A stretch of DNA of 55,740 nucleotides from Burkholderiales bacterium (lineage in GTDB: Bacteria; Pseudomonadota; Gammaproteobacteria; Burkholderiales; Eutrophovitaceae). The stretch covers positions 1-55,740 of the forward strand of contig DATKYN010000153.1 of NCBI GenBank assembly GCA_035528435.1, in the 5' to 3' direction. The position numbers and the translations under genes are program-made. Each line of letters begins with the position of its first letter. Position 1 is the stretch's first letter. This document shows, in pieces, positions 36,915-45,189 of the stretch. The notes beneath the pieces were generated by a model. It was given only the letters and a program-made list of their open reading frames with translations, was not told the DNA's origin and did not search any database.

Positions 36915-37472
36915 ATGGCTGGAACTGCTGCCGCAAGAAAGAAATCGGGGGCTACTTCGAATTTGAGAAAGATGGTTACGAAAGACATCGCTTCGCTCAA
37001 AGCAAACCACAAGGATCAGATTGCCGCGATGAAAAAGCGGCTTGAGTCAGCCAGAAAGTCTGTGCTGGCAAATGCCGACAGGTTGAAGAAGCAGGCCGCC
37101 GCACAGCAGAAAAAGGTCGCTGCGGAACTCGCGAAAATGAAAAAGCAGGCGGAAGTTCAGAGAAAGAAAGCTTCGGACGAAATTTCCAGAGAGCTTGAAA
37201 AATTACGCAAGCAGGCGGCTGGGTGGATTGGCAATTCTGCCAAACCGGCATCGGCTAAAAAGAAAAAAACCGCCTCGAAGAAAAAGGCCGTGAAGAAAGC
37301 CGCACCAAAGAAAAAAGCCGTGAAAAAGAAAGCAGCCAAGAAAGCTGCACCAAAGAAAAAGGCTGTGAAGAAGGCCGCGCCGAAGAAAAGAGCAGCGAAG
37401 AAAGCTGCGCCTAAGAAGCGTGCTGTCAGAAAGCAGGCCTCCAAAAAGAGTGCTGCCCGCAAGAAGGGCTGA
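36915..37472 (+). CDS. Histone H1-like Lys/Ala-rich protein (AlgP/BpH1-like tail on a coiled-coil N-terminus)
   Basis: The ATG at 36915 follows GGAGAA. The C-terminal 70 aa are KKAAPKKKAVKK-type repeats; the N-terminal 110 aa are Lys/Ala/Gln-rich and heptad-like. Confidence 0.75.
   Translation: MAGTAAARKKSGATSNLRKMVTKDIASLKANHKDQIAAMKKRLESARKSVLANADRLKKQAAAQQKKVAAELAKMKKQAEVQRKKASDEISRELEKLRKQAAGWIGNSAKPASAKKKKTASKKKAVKKAAPKKKAVKKKAAKKAAPKKKAVKKAAPKKRAAKKAAPKKRAVRKQASKKSAARKKG
37255..37440 (+). repeat. In-frame tandem repeats of about 30 nt encoding (A)APKK(K/R)AVKK
   Basis: Repeated GCNGCNCCNAAGAAAAARGCYGTGAAR units, visible directly in the sequence. Confidence 0.8.
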
Positions 37473-37483
37473 TCGAAGTCGAC

Positions 37484-37508
37484 AAATCGTCCCGTTTCGG
37501 GGCGATTT
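37484..37508 (+). terminator. Hairpin after the H1-like gene
   Basis: AAATCGTCCCG-TTT-CGGGGCGATTT (11 bp including one G-T), 12 nt after the stop. No downstream U-tract. Confidence 0.4.
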
Positions 37509-37784
37509 GCCTCGCCACTGGTCCGATAGCCGTAACAGTTGGAATACACAGTGGGGCCGGGCTTCCCAACGTTACTGCCGGCTGTCACTGTACAAGCTTG
37601 ATGTGCGTCCGGGGTCCGGGATGACCGGGAAGTTTTTGCAGGCCCTGCCACGTGAGGGCAGTATCAGGCACGACGCACAGGGTTCGATAAACGGTTCGGG
37701 CTACAACGACGGCTCGTATCTTCAGGTTGCCGCGTTATATCCGGTCGGTATCTCCTTGATAAAAACCTGACGCCCAGGCTCTGT

Positions 37785-38105
37785 TCAGGCGTTGGGTGTA
37801 TACAACTCCAAACAATTGCCTTCCGGGTCTGGTGTCCGGAAGGCGGTGAATTCGGCGCCTGCTTTCGGTTCCGCGCCAAGTTTTTTTGCCCAGCTGTTGA
37901 GTGCTTCGATCGAGGGCACGCGAAAGCCGATGTGTAGCTCCGGAGAGCGATTGACCGGCTCACCCTGTTCGAAGGCGATGAGTACACCTGGGCCGCGTAC
38001 GATGTGTTTTTCCGCCTTGAGGCCGAACGTTTGTGCATACCATTGGGCCAGCTCAAGTGGATCTTTGGCGGGAATGTTCAGATGTTCTAGTTGAAAATCG
38101 GACAC
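37785..38105 (-). CDS. VOC (glyoxalase/bleomycin-resistance/dioxygenase) family protein
   Basis: 106-aa single beta-alpha-beta-beta-beta module. HLNIPAKD, HIGFRV and EGNCLELY blocks. Confidence 0.85.
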   Translation of the reverse strand: MSDFQLEHLNIPAKDPLELAQWYAQTFGLKAEKHIVRGPGVLIAFEQGEPVNRSPELHIGFRVPSIEALNSWAKKLGAEPKAGAEFTAFRTPDPEGNCLELYTPNA

Positions 38106-38337
38106 GATGGTTTCCTGACTATCGGGTTAAATGAAAGAGACGTCGGCTGAGCACGGGGGCGCATTCTGAGCCGTGAAACAGGCTGATAGTGCGGCCGCTA
38201 ACACTCGGCAATGCTACACTCCCGGAGCAGTTCCTGTCCAAGCATGGCGATGGCGCTTCCGGCTGAGCCGGCTGCCGGAATCGCTACCAAACATGATCGG
38301 AAACATCGGCTTCGTCGTTGTTCCGGAGGAAAACAAA

Positions 38338-39306
38338 ATGATCATTTCGTCCCATAGTTTCCGCCGTCTGGCGAGCCGGGTGCCGGCCACGATACAGGCG
38401 GGACGTGCACAGTATCTGACTTCGCCACAAACGGCTCCCGCCGAACTGCCCCAACGGTCAGCGCATATTTTTTCGGAACAGGCGGGTAAAGCCGCTGAAC
38501 CAGCGGCACCGACCGGCATGATCGATTTCGATTTGTCATCAAAGCTGGCTACCGCCTATCCGGCAACGACCACAAACCTCCTGGCCCGCTACCTGGTGCT
38601 GCGCGAAGGCGAAGAGTATGAGTTCACTGCTCAGGCAACGTCCGTACTGTGCTACGTCGTCAAAGGCAGCGGACGTTCGTTTCGTGAAGATGAAGTCATC
38701 GAATGGACCGACGGCGATGCGTTTCTGTTTCCCGGAGGAGAAGCAATTCTTAACGAGGCGCCTGACGGTGATGCGGTTTTGTTCGTTGTGACGGACGAGC
38801 CATTGCTGGCTTCACTCGGTTGTTCGGCGCCCACCGCAGATGCGGCGCGGGTCCAGTCTGCTCACTACACTGCAAAAACCATAGCGGCGCAGCTCGAAGA
38901 CATGAAAGCGGGATCGAAGGAGCCGCCGACGCAGATGATCCTGAAGCTGGGCAGCACATCGTTTGAGCAGACGGGGTGTGTTGCGCCGGCGATGGCTGCC
39001 GGGATTGCGACCATGGAACCGGGGGCGGAACAAGCACCGCACTGCCACGACGCCGACACGATCTCGCTGTGTCTTGAGTGTGACGGGGTCTTCTCGGTAG
39101 TTGATGGCAACCGTAGCGACTGGATAAAAAATGCTGCGTTGATTACCCCGGCCGGTGCGTTGCACGGCCAGCACAATAATGGCACGAACCGCATGTTCAG
39201 TTTTTTCGTTCAGGACAGAGGGCCTCGCGCCGTTCGCACCTGGGAGCCGGAGCAAACTGAAGCTGGTGCCCAAGCGGAGAATGAGGCTGGCGCGACTGCC
39301 GCGTAA
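38338..39306 (+). CDS. Bicupin protein; only the C-terminal cupin has metal ligands
   Basis: The ATG at 38338 follows GGAGGA. The C-terminal cupin has PHCHDADTISLCLECDG and ITPAGALHGQHN motifs. The N-terminal cupin (VLCYVVKGSG) lacks the His pair. Confidence 0.75.
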   Translation: MIISSHSFRRLASRVPATIQAGRAQYLTSPQTAPAELPQRSAHIFSEQAGKAAEPAAPTGMIDFDLSSKLATAYPATTTNLLARYLVLREGEEYEFTAQATSVLCYVVKGSGRSFREDEVIEWTDGDAFLFPGGEAILNEAPDGDAVLFVVTDEPLLASLGCSAPTADAARVQSAHYTAKTIAAQLEDMKAGSKEPPTQMILKLGSTSFEQTGCVAPAMAAGIATMEPGAEQAPHCHDADTISLCLECDGVFSVVDGNRSDWIKNAALITPAGALHGQHNNGTNRMFSFFVQDRGPRAVRTWEPEQTEAGAQAENEAGATAA

Positions 39307-39386
39307 GACACTGTCAGTGCACCCGTCCCGCGCCGTTCATATCCGCGTTGCGAAGGGGCGCGGGCGCGATGTTTGGTCCAGGGGCT

Positions 39387-40352
39387 TTAGCCTGGTTGCT
39401 TTGCCCGCCTGACTGTCGGAACTCGACGATGCGACCGGGTTTCCTGGCCGGCTTCCCGGAATAACCAGTCGGCGAATTCGATAACGTCGGGATTGTTCTG
39501 CGCGACGCGTGAGGTCAGGACGTAATAGGCGCGGGGCGCGACCGATTTGTCGCTGAATGGCGCAACCAGCCTGCCATCTTGCAACATCTGCTTGAGTAGC
39601 GGGCTTCTGCCCAGTGCGACACCCTGACCGCTGGCTGCGGCAACAACGACCTGCTCATACTGATTGAAACGTACCGAACCGGCTGCCTTGAAGTCGTGCA
39701 GTCCGACTGATTCGAGCCAGGTCGGCCAGTCGAGCCATAAAATGCGATTGGCCGGATCGTCGTAGTGCAACAATACGTGGTGGCGCAAGTCGGACGGCAT
39801 CGCGATTGGTTTGTCGGGATCAGACAGTAGTTGCGGTGCACAGACCGGGAAAACCTCTTCTTCAAACAGCTTTCTTGCGGCGCCATCGGGCATTACGCTC
39901 GTGTAGCGGATGGCAATCTCGACGTTACTGCGTTCCAGATCCATAAATTTGTTGGCGGCCGAAATGCGCACATCCAGTTCCGGATGCTCTCGGGTATAAC
40001 CTGGCAGCCGCGGTATCAGCCACAACGATGCAAAGGATGCCGTTGTCGTCACTGTCAGCGTCCGGGCCTGCTGTTCGTGGCGGATTTTGCGGGCAACATC
40101 CTCGATTGCGCGCAATATTCCGGGCACGGCCTTGTGCAGTGTCTCACCGTCGCGAGTGAGCACCAGTGCCCGCGGTCGCCGTTCGAAAAGCGGCACTCCC
40201 AGCCATTCTTCCAGTGCCTTGATCTGACGGCTGACGGCGGACTGCGTCAGGTTGAGCTCGGCCCCCGCCCGGGTAAAACTGAGATTGCGTGCGGCAGCCT
40301 CGAACCCTTCGATCAGGTCGAGCGGCGGCACGTCGTAGGGCCTGTTACGCAT
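39387..40352 (-). CDS. LysR-family transcriptional regulator (GcvA-like)
   Basis: HTH FEAAARNLSFTRAGAELNLTQSAVSRQIKALEEWLG. ATG 40352 chosen; the ORF is open to 40415. Confidence 0.9.
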   Translation of the reverse strand: MRNRPYDVPPLDLIEGFEAAARNLSFTRAGAELNLTQSAVSRQIKALEEWLGVPLFERRPRALVLTRDGETLHKAVPGILRAIEDVARKIRHEQQARTLTVTTTASFASLWLIPRLPGYTREHPELDVRISAANKFMDLERSNVEIAIRYTSVMPDGAARKLFEEEVFPVCAPQLLSDPDKPIAMPSDLRHHVLLHYDDPANRILWLDWPTWLESVGLHDFKAAGSVRFNQYEQVVVAAASGQGVALGRSPLLKQMLQDGRLVAPFSDKSVAPRAYYVLTSRVAQNNPDVIEFADWLFREAGQETRSHRRVPTVRRAKQPG

Positions 40353-40469
40353 TCCCGATACGCATACGTTGCATTCCAAACTATCGTTTGAAGGAGAAAG
40401 GCGAAACCTCAACAATACACCTCACTGGCACGCCCATTGTGGACTGCCTCCTTCCATGAGGAATTATTG

Positions 40470-40916
40470 ATGAATACCGAAATCGACAACGCAATCCTCA
40501 AGCTTGATCAACATCGCAAACTGTCGCTGCAAGGAGCGAACGGCGAGTGCATCCATGTTCACTGGGGACGCGTTTGGGTGACCGGCGAAGGGGACATTCT
40601 GGACCACGTTGTAAGCAGCGGCGAGTCCTTCGTCATCGAACGCACGGGAACGACCGTCTTGACGGCGATGAGCGATGCCGGTGTATCGCTGATGAAACGC
40701 TGCGCCTCATCTGCCGGGATGTTTGGCAAGACAGACATCGCGCAGAGCGAAGAGGTCCGCAGTGAGGTCGTGTTGACCAATACGGCTGGCGGCGACTTTC
40801 CGAAGTATCGTGAAATCGATCGCAGTGTTAATCGCGGTCATCAGTTGCGCGCCCGTTATGTTGCGGATGCACTTCGAAATGGCTGGGTAACCCTGCGCAG
40901 CGCATTGGCCACGTAA
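40470..40916 (+). CDS. DUF2917-like small protein with a C-terminal extension
   Basis: IHVHWGRVWVTGEGDILDHVVSSGESFVIERTG pattern, typical of the small proteins found divergent from LysR genes. The ATG follows GAGGAA. Confidence 0.5.
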   Translation: MNTEIDNAILKLDQHRKLSLQGANGECIHVHWGRVWVTGEGDILDHVVSSGESFVIERTGTTVLTAMSDAGVSLMKRCASSAGMFGKTDIAQSEEVRSEVVLTNTAGGDFPKYREIDRSVNRGHQLRARYVADALRNGWVTLRSALAT

Positions 40917-41199
40917 TTGTGTGATGGACTCCCGGAGCGCGGCGGGTGCTTCGAGGCGGTCCCGGGTTGCACAGCCAACTTCGAACGCCGAAAGTTTTCG
41001 GTAACCGGGTGCGTGTAGCCAGGCCTGTGTCCAGAAATGCTTTTGCCTTGTCGCGGCGCACCATCGTGCCCATGACGCTCGCGTACGCGCTTGCGTTGAC
41101 ACGTCTAGCGGATTCTGTAATCGTTCCTCTACCTTGGGCAGTAGCCTGGTTCGGCTTGCTGCTTCGGGACCCAAAAATTAAATGAGGGGGAGAAGAATC

Positions 41200-42897
41200 A
41201 TGAGTCGAGTCAGTCAGATTATGCTGACCGGCATTGTCGGAGCCGTGCTGGCAACAGCATCGGGTGCGAGCATTGCCGATTCCAGCGGTCAATGGCTTCA
41301 CTATGGCGGAGATCAGGGAAATCTTCGTCACAGTGCGCTGAAACAAATCAATACACGCAACGTCAGTAAACTAAAAGTCGCCTGGATGCACTCGCTGGGT
41401 TCTCTGGAGACCCAGGAGTCGACTCCGCTGGTGGTCGGCGACACGATGTACGTTACGACGTCGACCGGTCCGCGTTTTGTTTTTGCACTGGACGCGAAGA
41501 CCGGCAAGACCAAGTGGGCACATCAACCGGAAATGCCGAACGATTATTTCGCTACCGTTTGCTGCGGCCTGGATAATCGCGGTGTTGCCTATGCGAACGG
41601 CAAGGTGTTCTTCGGCCGTCTCGACGCAAAGCTGGTCGCGCTCGATGCCAATACCGGCAAGAAGCTTTGGACGACGACGGTTGAAAATTACCGGAACGGT
41701 CATGCGATCACTTCGCCGCCCCTGATTGTCAATAACCTTGTTGTGACCGGAATCGCCGGCGGTGAATACGGTATCCGCGGCTTCATCGCGGCCTACGACC
41801 AGGACACGGGTGAGGAGGTCTGGAAAACCTACACCATTCCGGGTCCGGGTGAGCCGGGCAACGAGACCTGGAAGGGCGATTCGTGGAAAACGGGTGCCGG
41901 TTCGACATGGGGTGTTGGTTCGTACGATGCCAAGCTCAACACCATTTACTGGTCTACCAGTAATGCTGGTCCATGGGGCGGTCATACGCGCAGTGTTGAT
42001 TCCTCCGATTTCGGTGACCTCACCAACAAGTGGACCGCGTCGCAGCTCGCGTTTGACGCGGACACGGGGGCGATCAAGTGGGGCTACCAGTGGACGCCTA
42101 ATGACGTCTGGGATTACGACGGTATCAACGAAGCGGTGCTCTATGATCTGAAGATTGGCGGAAAAACCGTGCCGGCATTGATGCATGCCGACCGGAACGG
42201 CTTCTTCTACGTTCTGAATCGCGCGACTGGTCAACTCATTTCGGCCGATCCGTTCGTCACGGTGAACTGGGCAACGCATGTTGACCTTGAAACCGGCCGT
42301 CCGGTCGAGGCAGCGAACAATGAGAAGCGTCCGCAGCTGGGCAAGTGGGCGCGCAACGTTTGCCCGAACCTGATTGGTGGCAAGAACTGGTCGCCGATGT
42401 CGTATAGCCCGCAAACGGGATTGGTGTACATCCCCGCGTTCAATATGTGCATGGACATCGCTAACAAGGAAGAAGAGTACACCCCGGGTCGCTTCTATCT
42501 CGCTTCCGAGTTCGACCTCGGCAAAGCAGGTGCTACCGGCGATCACCTTGCCATGATGATGGCGTGGGACCCGGTCAAGAAGAAAGAAGTCTGGTCGATC
42601 AAGGAGCCGTTGATGTTCGCCAGCGGTGCAATGACAACTGCCGGCAATCTGCTGTTCTACGGAAACGTTGAGGGCATACTCAAGGCGGTGAATGCCAAGA
42701 CCGGCAAGGTGCTATGGGAGTTTGACGTGGGCACCGGCATCATTCAGAGCCCGATGACGTACACCGTTGACGGCAAGCAGTATCTTGCGGTTGTCGCCGG
42801 CAGGACCAAGGGCCCACCCTCGTTCTTCGGTGCGATTGGTCAACGTGTAACAGAGGCCAGCCCGGAGGGCGGTATTCTGGTCGTGTTTGAACTGTAA
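41200..42897 (+). CDS. PQQ-dependent alcohol dehydrogenase (methanol/ethanol family) with a lanthanide-type DYD motif
   Basis: Signal peptide, vicinal CC (ATVCCGLDNRG), GGEYGIRG, STSNAGPW, WDYDG (42109-42123), HADRNGFFY. The ATG follows GAGGGGGAGAAG. Confidence 0.95.
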   Translation: MSRVSQIMLTGIVGAVLATASGASIADSSGQWLHYGGDQGNLRHSALKQINTRNVSKLKVAWMHSLGSLETQESTPLVVGDTMYVTTSTGPRFVFALDAKTGKTKWAHQPEMPNDYFATVCCGLDNRGVAYANGKVFFGRLDAKLVALDANTGKKLWTTTVENYRNGHAITSPPLIVNNLVVTGIAGGEYGIRGFIAAYDQDTGEEVWKTYTIPGPGEPGNETWKGDSWKTGAGSTWGVGSYDAKLNTIYWSTSNAGPWGGHTRSVDSSDFGDLTNKWTASQLAFDADTGAIKWGYQWTPNDVWDYDGINEAVLYDLKIGGKTVPALMHADRNGFFYVLNRATGQLISADPFVTVNWATHVDLETGRPVEAANNEKRPQLGKWARNVCPNLIGGKNWSPMSYSPQTGLVYIPAFNMCMDIANKEEEYTPGRFYLASEFDLGKAGATGDHLAMMMAWDPVKKKEVWSIKEPLMFASGAMTTAGNLLFYGNVEGILKAVNAKTGKVLWEFDVGTGIIQSPMTYTVDGKQYLAVVAGRTKGPPSFFGAIGQRVTEASPEGGILVVFEL

Positions 42898-42937
42898 GCA
42901 ATCGTGTAGTTGATCAAGTTTGCATGTGCATTAATGC

Positions 42938-42967
42938 GGCGGGGCGTTTATGACGCTCCGCCGTTTT
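42938..42967 (+). terminator. Hairpin plus TTTT after the PQQ-ADH gene
   Basis: GGCGGGGCG-N7-CGCTCCGCC (one G-T) followed by GTTTT. Confidence 0.6.
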
Positions 42968-43079
42968 ACTGTACCGATCCGGATCTGTAACAATTAAACC
43001 TGCAAGTTCGTAGGCGGTTACCAAGGAAAATCGCGTCAATCAGAAATTGCAGCAGTGATAAAGCAAGGGAGAATGTTGG

Positions 43080-43457
43080 GTGCTCAAGTTGTCTACGAGA
43101 GTTATTTTGCAGTTGGCCGTGACGGCCGTGCTAGTTTGCACGCCACCAGTCGCGTTCGGAGAGGACGCGTCGTTGGTCAATCCATACGCCGGCCGGGAAG
43201 ACATTGTCGATGAGGGCGCAAGCCTGCTCAATCAGTATTGCTCGCATTGTCATGGTCCATACGCCGTTCAGGGAGAGCGTCCCCGCGACTTGCGCAGACT
43301 TCAACTTCGTTATGGTGACTACATGATTTCGACCTTCTATACGACGGTGCAAGAAGGCCGGATGGCCAAAGGCATGCCCTATTGGAAGGGTATCCTGGAC
43401 GACGATATCATCTGGAAAATCTATACTTTTCTGCAGACTATTCAGGTCGAGGATTAA
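43080..43457 (+). CDS. Small periplasmic c-type cytochrome (class I), likely electron acceptor of the PQQ-ADH
   Basis: The GTG at 43080 is 7 nt after AAGGGAGA. Signal peptide, one CSHCH haem motif, and a candidate Met ligand in KGMPYW. Confidence 0.8.
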   Translation: MLKLSTRVILQLAVTAVLVCTPPVAFGEDASLVNPYAGREDIVDEGASLLNQYCSHCHGPYAVQGERPRDLRRLQLRYGDYMISTFYTTVQEGRMAKGMPYWKGILDDDIIWKIYTFLQTIQVED

Positions 43458-43483
43458 CAACAGGCAGTCATGGCAGACGCACG

Positions 43484-43510
43484 CCGGAGGCGCTTTCCGG
43501 CCGCCTCCGG
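43484..43510. terminator. Hairpin between the convergent cytochrome c and sulfatase-like genes
   Basis: CCGGAGGCG-N9-CGCCTCCGG, followed by a T-rich GTGTGTTTTGT on the plus strand. Confidence 0.5.
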
Positions 43511-43552
43511 TAGTGTGTTTTGTAAGCCATGCGCAGTGGCTGGGGCTTCAGA

Positions 43553-45010
43553 TCATCTTGTCGGTATGTTCTCGCGCCAGTACACCGGTCGATTGTCGAC
43601 CCCGGGATCACCCAGGTATTTCGCCGGCGCCATCTCGTAGGCATACTCGTTAAGTCGCTGCATCATGGCGGCGACGCGATCCGGATATGTCGCGGCCTGG
43701 TTTTCGGCTTCCTCCGGGTCATTGGCAATCTGAAACAGCTCCACTTTGGTCGGCAACGCCGTGTGAATAATGAGCTTCCATTCGCCGATGCGTATCGCAC
43801 CATGGAACGGTTCGATATTAAGCAAAATCTCTCTTCCCTTGCGTGTGGTGAGTTCTCCATCAGCGATGACGGGAATGGCATCTACACCGTCAGTCTTTTT
43901 TCGTTGTTCAAGTGAGGCGCCGCCAACCGTCAGTAAGGTCACGTACATGTCGGTTACATGAATCGGTTGCGTCACAACTGTTTTTGGTTTGATACGAGCA
44001 GGCCAGTGTGCCAATGCAGCGACGCGGACTCCGCCTTCGTAGAGGCTCCCCTTGCCCTGTCGAAACACACCGTTATCTGAAACCGGGCTGCGGATATCAC
44101 CGTCTCCGGTTGCGAAACGCATCGGTATGGCACCGCCGTTGTCGCTATGGAAAACAATCAGTGTGTCGTTCAGCATGTCGCGCTTTTCGAGTGCTGAAAC
44201 AATTCTTCCTACAGCCGCATCAAGCGCACTCACTGCCGCTGCATAGCTGCGGCGCGCATCGTCGCTGATGTCCTTGTACGATTCGATCAGTGCCTGTGGT
44301 GCTCCCCAGTATTTTGCCGGCGTGTCGAATGCCGCGACCAGCAGCAGAGGTGCGCCGGCAGCATGTTTCTCAATGATGCTCACTGCTTCAGCTGCGAGCA
44401 GTTCTGTTGCATAGCCGTTCTCGAGGATGGCGCGCTCGCCGCGGTACCAGTCTGACTTGACGTCCTTGCGCAAGGCCGGTTCGGCAAGACCGGACAGCGT
44501 GCCGTAAAAGTGATCGAAGCCGCGTTGTGTGGGCCAGAATGCCCTATCGGAATGACCAAGCAACCAACTGCCGACAAAGGAGGTCCGGTATCCGCTCTCC
44601 TTCAGAGCCAGCGCAAACGTGCGTTCCTCTGCAGGCAGCCCGTAATCGCTTGCCGGGCCCACCGACAGCGTTTGCAGTCCGTATCGCATCGGATAACGGC
44701 CGGTCAGCATGGCAGCACGTGTCTGGCTGGAAAATGGTTGCGCGTAGAACGCATTGAGCATGGCCCCGCCAGCGGCAAGGCGGTCGAGATTCGGCGTGCG
44801 CGGTACGCCGCGGTGGAAGCCGACGTCACCCCAGCCCAGGTCGTCGGCCAGTATGTAGACGATATTGGGTCGTTGTCCTTCGACCTGATTGTCAGCGCCG
44901 GAATTGGCCTCCGCTTGCTGTGCTGCAATAAAAATTGCCGCGGTTAGCAGCGCGAGTGCGAGTAGTGCGTGGTCGACATGACTCTTGCCAGAGTACCAAA
45001 CCTGTTTCAT
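43553..45010 (-). CDS. Arylsulfatase-B-like sulfatase-fold protein with a non-canonical active site
   Basis: NIVYILADDLGWGDVGFH, HSDNGG and GKGSLYEGGVRV are conserved. The FGly motif reads SSQTR (44717-44731) and the VGKWHLG block reads VGSWLLG. ATG 45010 gives a signal peptide. Confidence 0.85.
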   Translation of the reverse strand: MKQVWYSGKSHVDHALLALALLTAAIFIAAQQAEANSGADNQVEGQRPNIVYILADDLGWGDVGFHRGVPRTPNLDRLAAGGAMLNAFYAQPFSSQTRAAMLTGRYPMRYGLQTLSVGPASDYGLPAEERTFALALKESGYRTSFVGSWLLGHSDRAFWPTQRGFDHFYGTLSGLAEPALRKDVKSDWYRGERAILENGYATELLAAEAVSIIEKHAAGAPLLLVAAFDTPAKYWGAPQALIESYKDISDDARRSYAAAVSALDAAVGRIVSALEKRDMLNDTLIVFHSDNGGAIPMRFATGDGDIRSPVSDNGVFRQGKGSLYEGGVRVAALAHWPARIKPKTVVTQPIHVTDMYVTLLTVGGASLEQRKKTDGVDAIPVIADGELTTRKGREILLNIEPFHGAIRIGEWKLIIHTALPTKVELFQIANDPEEAENQAATYPDRVAAMMQRLNEYAYEMAPAKYLGDPGVDNRPVYWRENIPTR

Positions 45011-45189
45011 CGTGCGTGCCTCTGCCAGTGCGTAGATAATCACTATGATACGATCATCCGGGAGTGCCACGAAGCGCCGTCTGGCCGTTGCCGCGTGCGC
45101 TTCCCGGGTGTTCCATCGTGCCGGGCTGAAACGCTATCCATGCCCGGTTTCTCGCAGCCGATGGTAAGTGCGGGCGGTAGCTTACTAAA

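Noticed and set aside
37255-37440. Regularly spaced repeats, checked as a possible CRISPR array or minisatellite.
   Set aside because: The units are contiguous and in frame, and they encode the Lys/Ala repeats of the H1-like protein. There are no spacers. No other CRISPR-like repeat-spacer pattern is present in the window.
37670-37700. GGTTCGATA sequence resembling a tRNA T-loop in the 310-nt gap after the H1-like gene.
   Set aside because: The flanking bases do not form a T-stem or an acceptor stem, so no cloverleaf can be drawn. I found no tRNA, rRNA or tmRNA-like element anywhere in the window.
41371-42546. 391-aa minus-strand ORF. Similar long antisense ORFs occur at 47392-48552, 16401-17402, 10683-11672, 4694-5710, 34856-35803, 45555-46427 and 15556-16473.
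   Set aside because: Each lies opposite a gene with clear family motifs, has Arg/Pro/His-rich low-information sequence, and has no credible RBS. I treat them as GC-driven shadow ORFs.
40917-43079. Search for a pqqA-type small ORF or an xoxJ gene next to the PQQ dehydrogenase.
   Set aside because: I saw no short frame with the Glu-x3-Tyr PqqA motif and no periplasmic-binding-protein-like ORF. The flanking gaps hold only an SD/start region and a terminator hairpin.
43073-43081. ATG at 43073 as the start of the cytochrome c gene.
   Set aside because: It is out of frame with the CSHCH-containing ORF and terminates early. The in-frame GTG at 43080, with AAGGGAGA upstream, is used instead.
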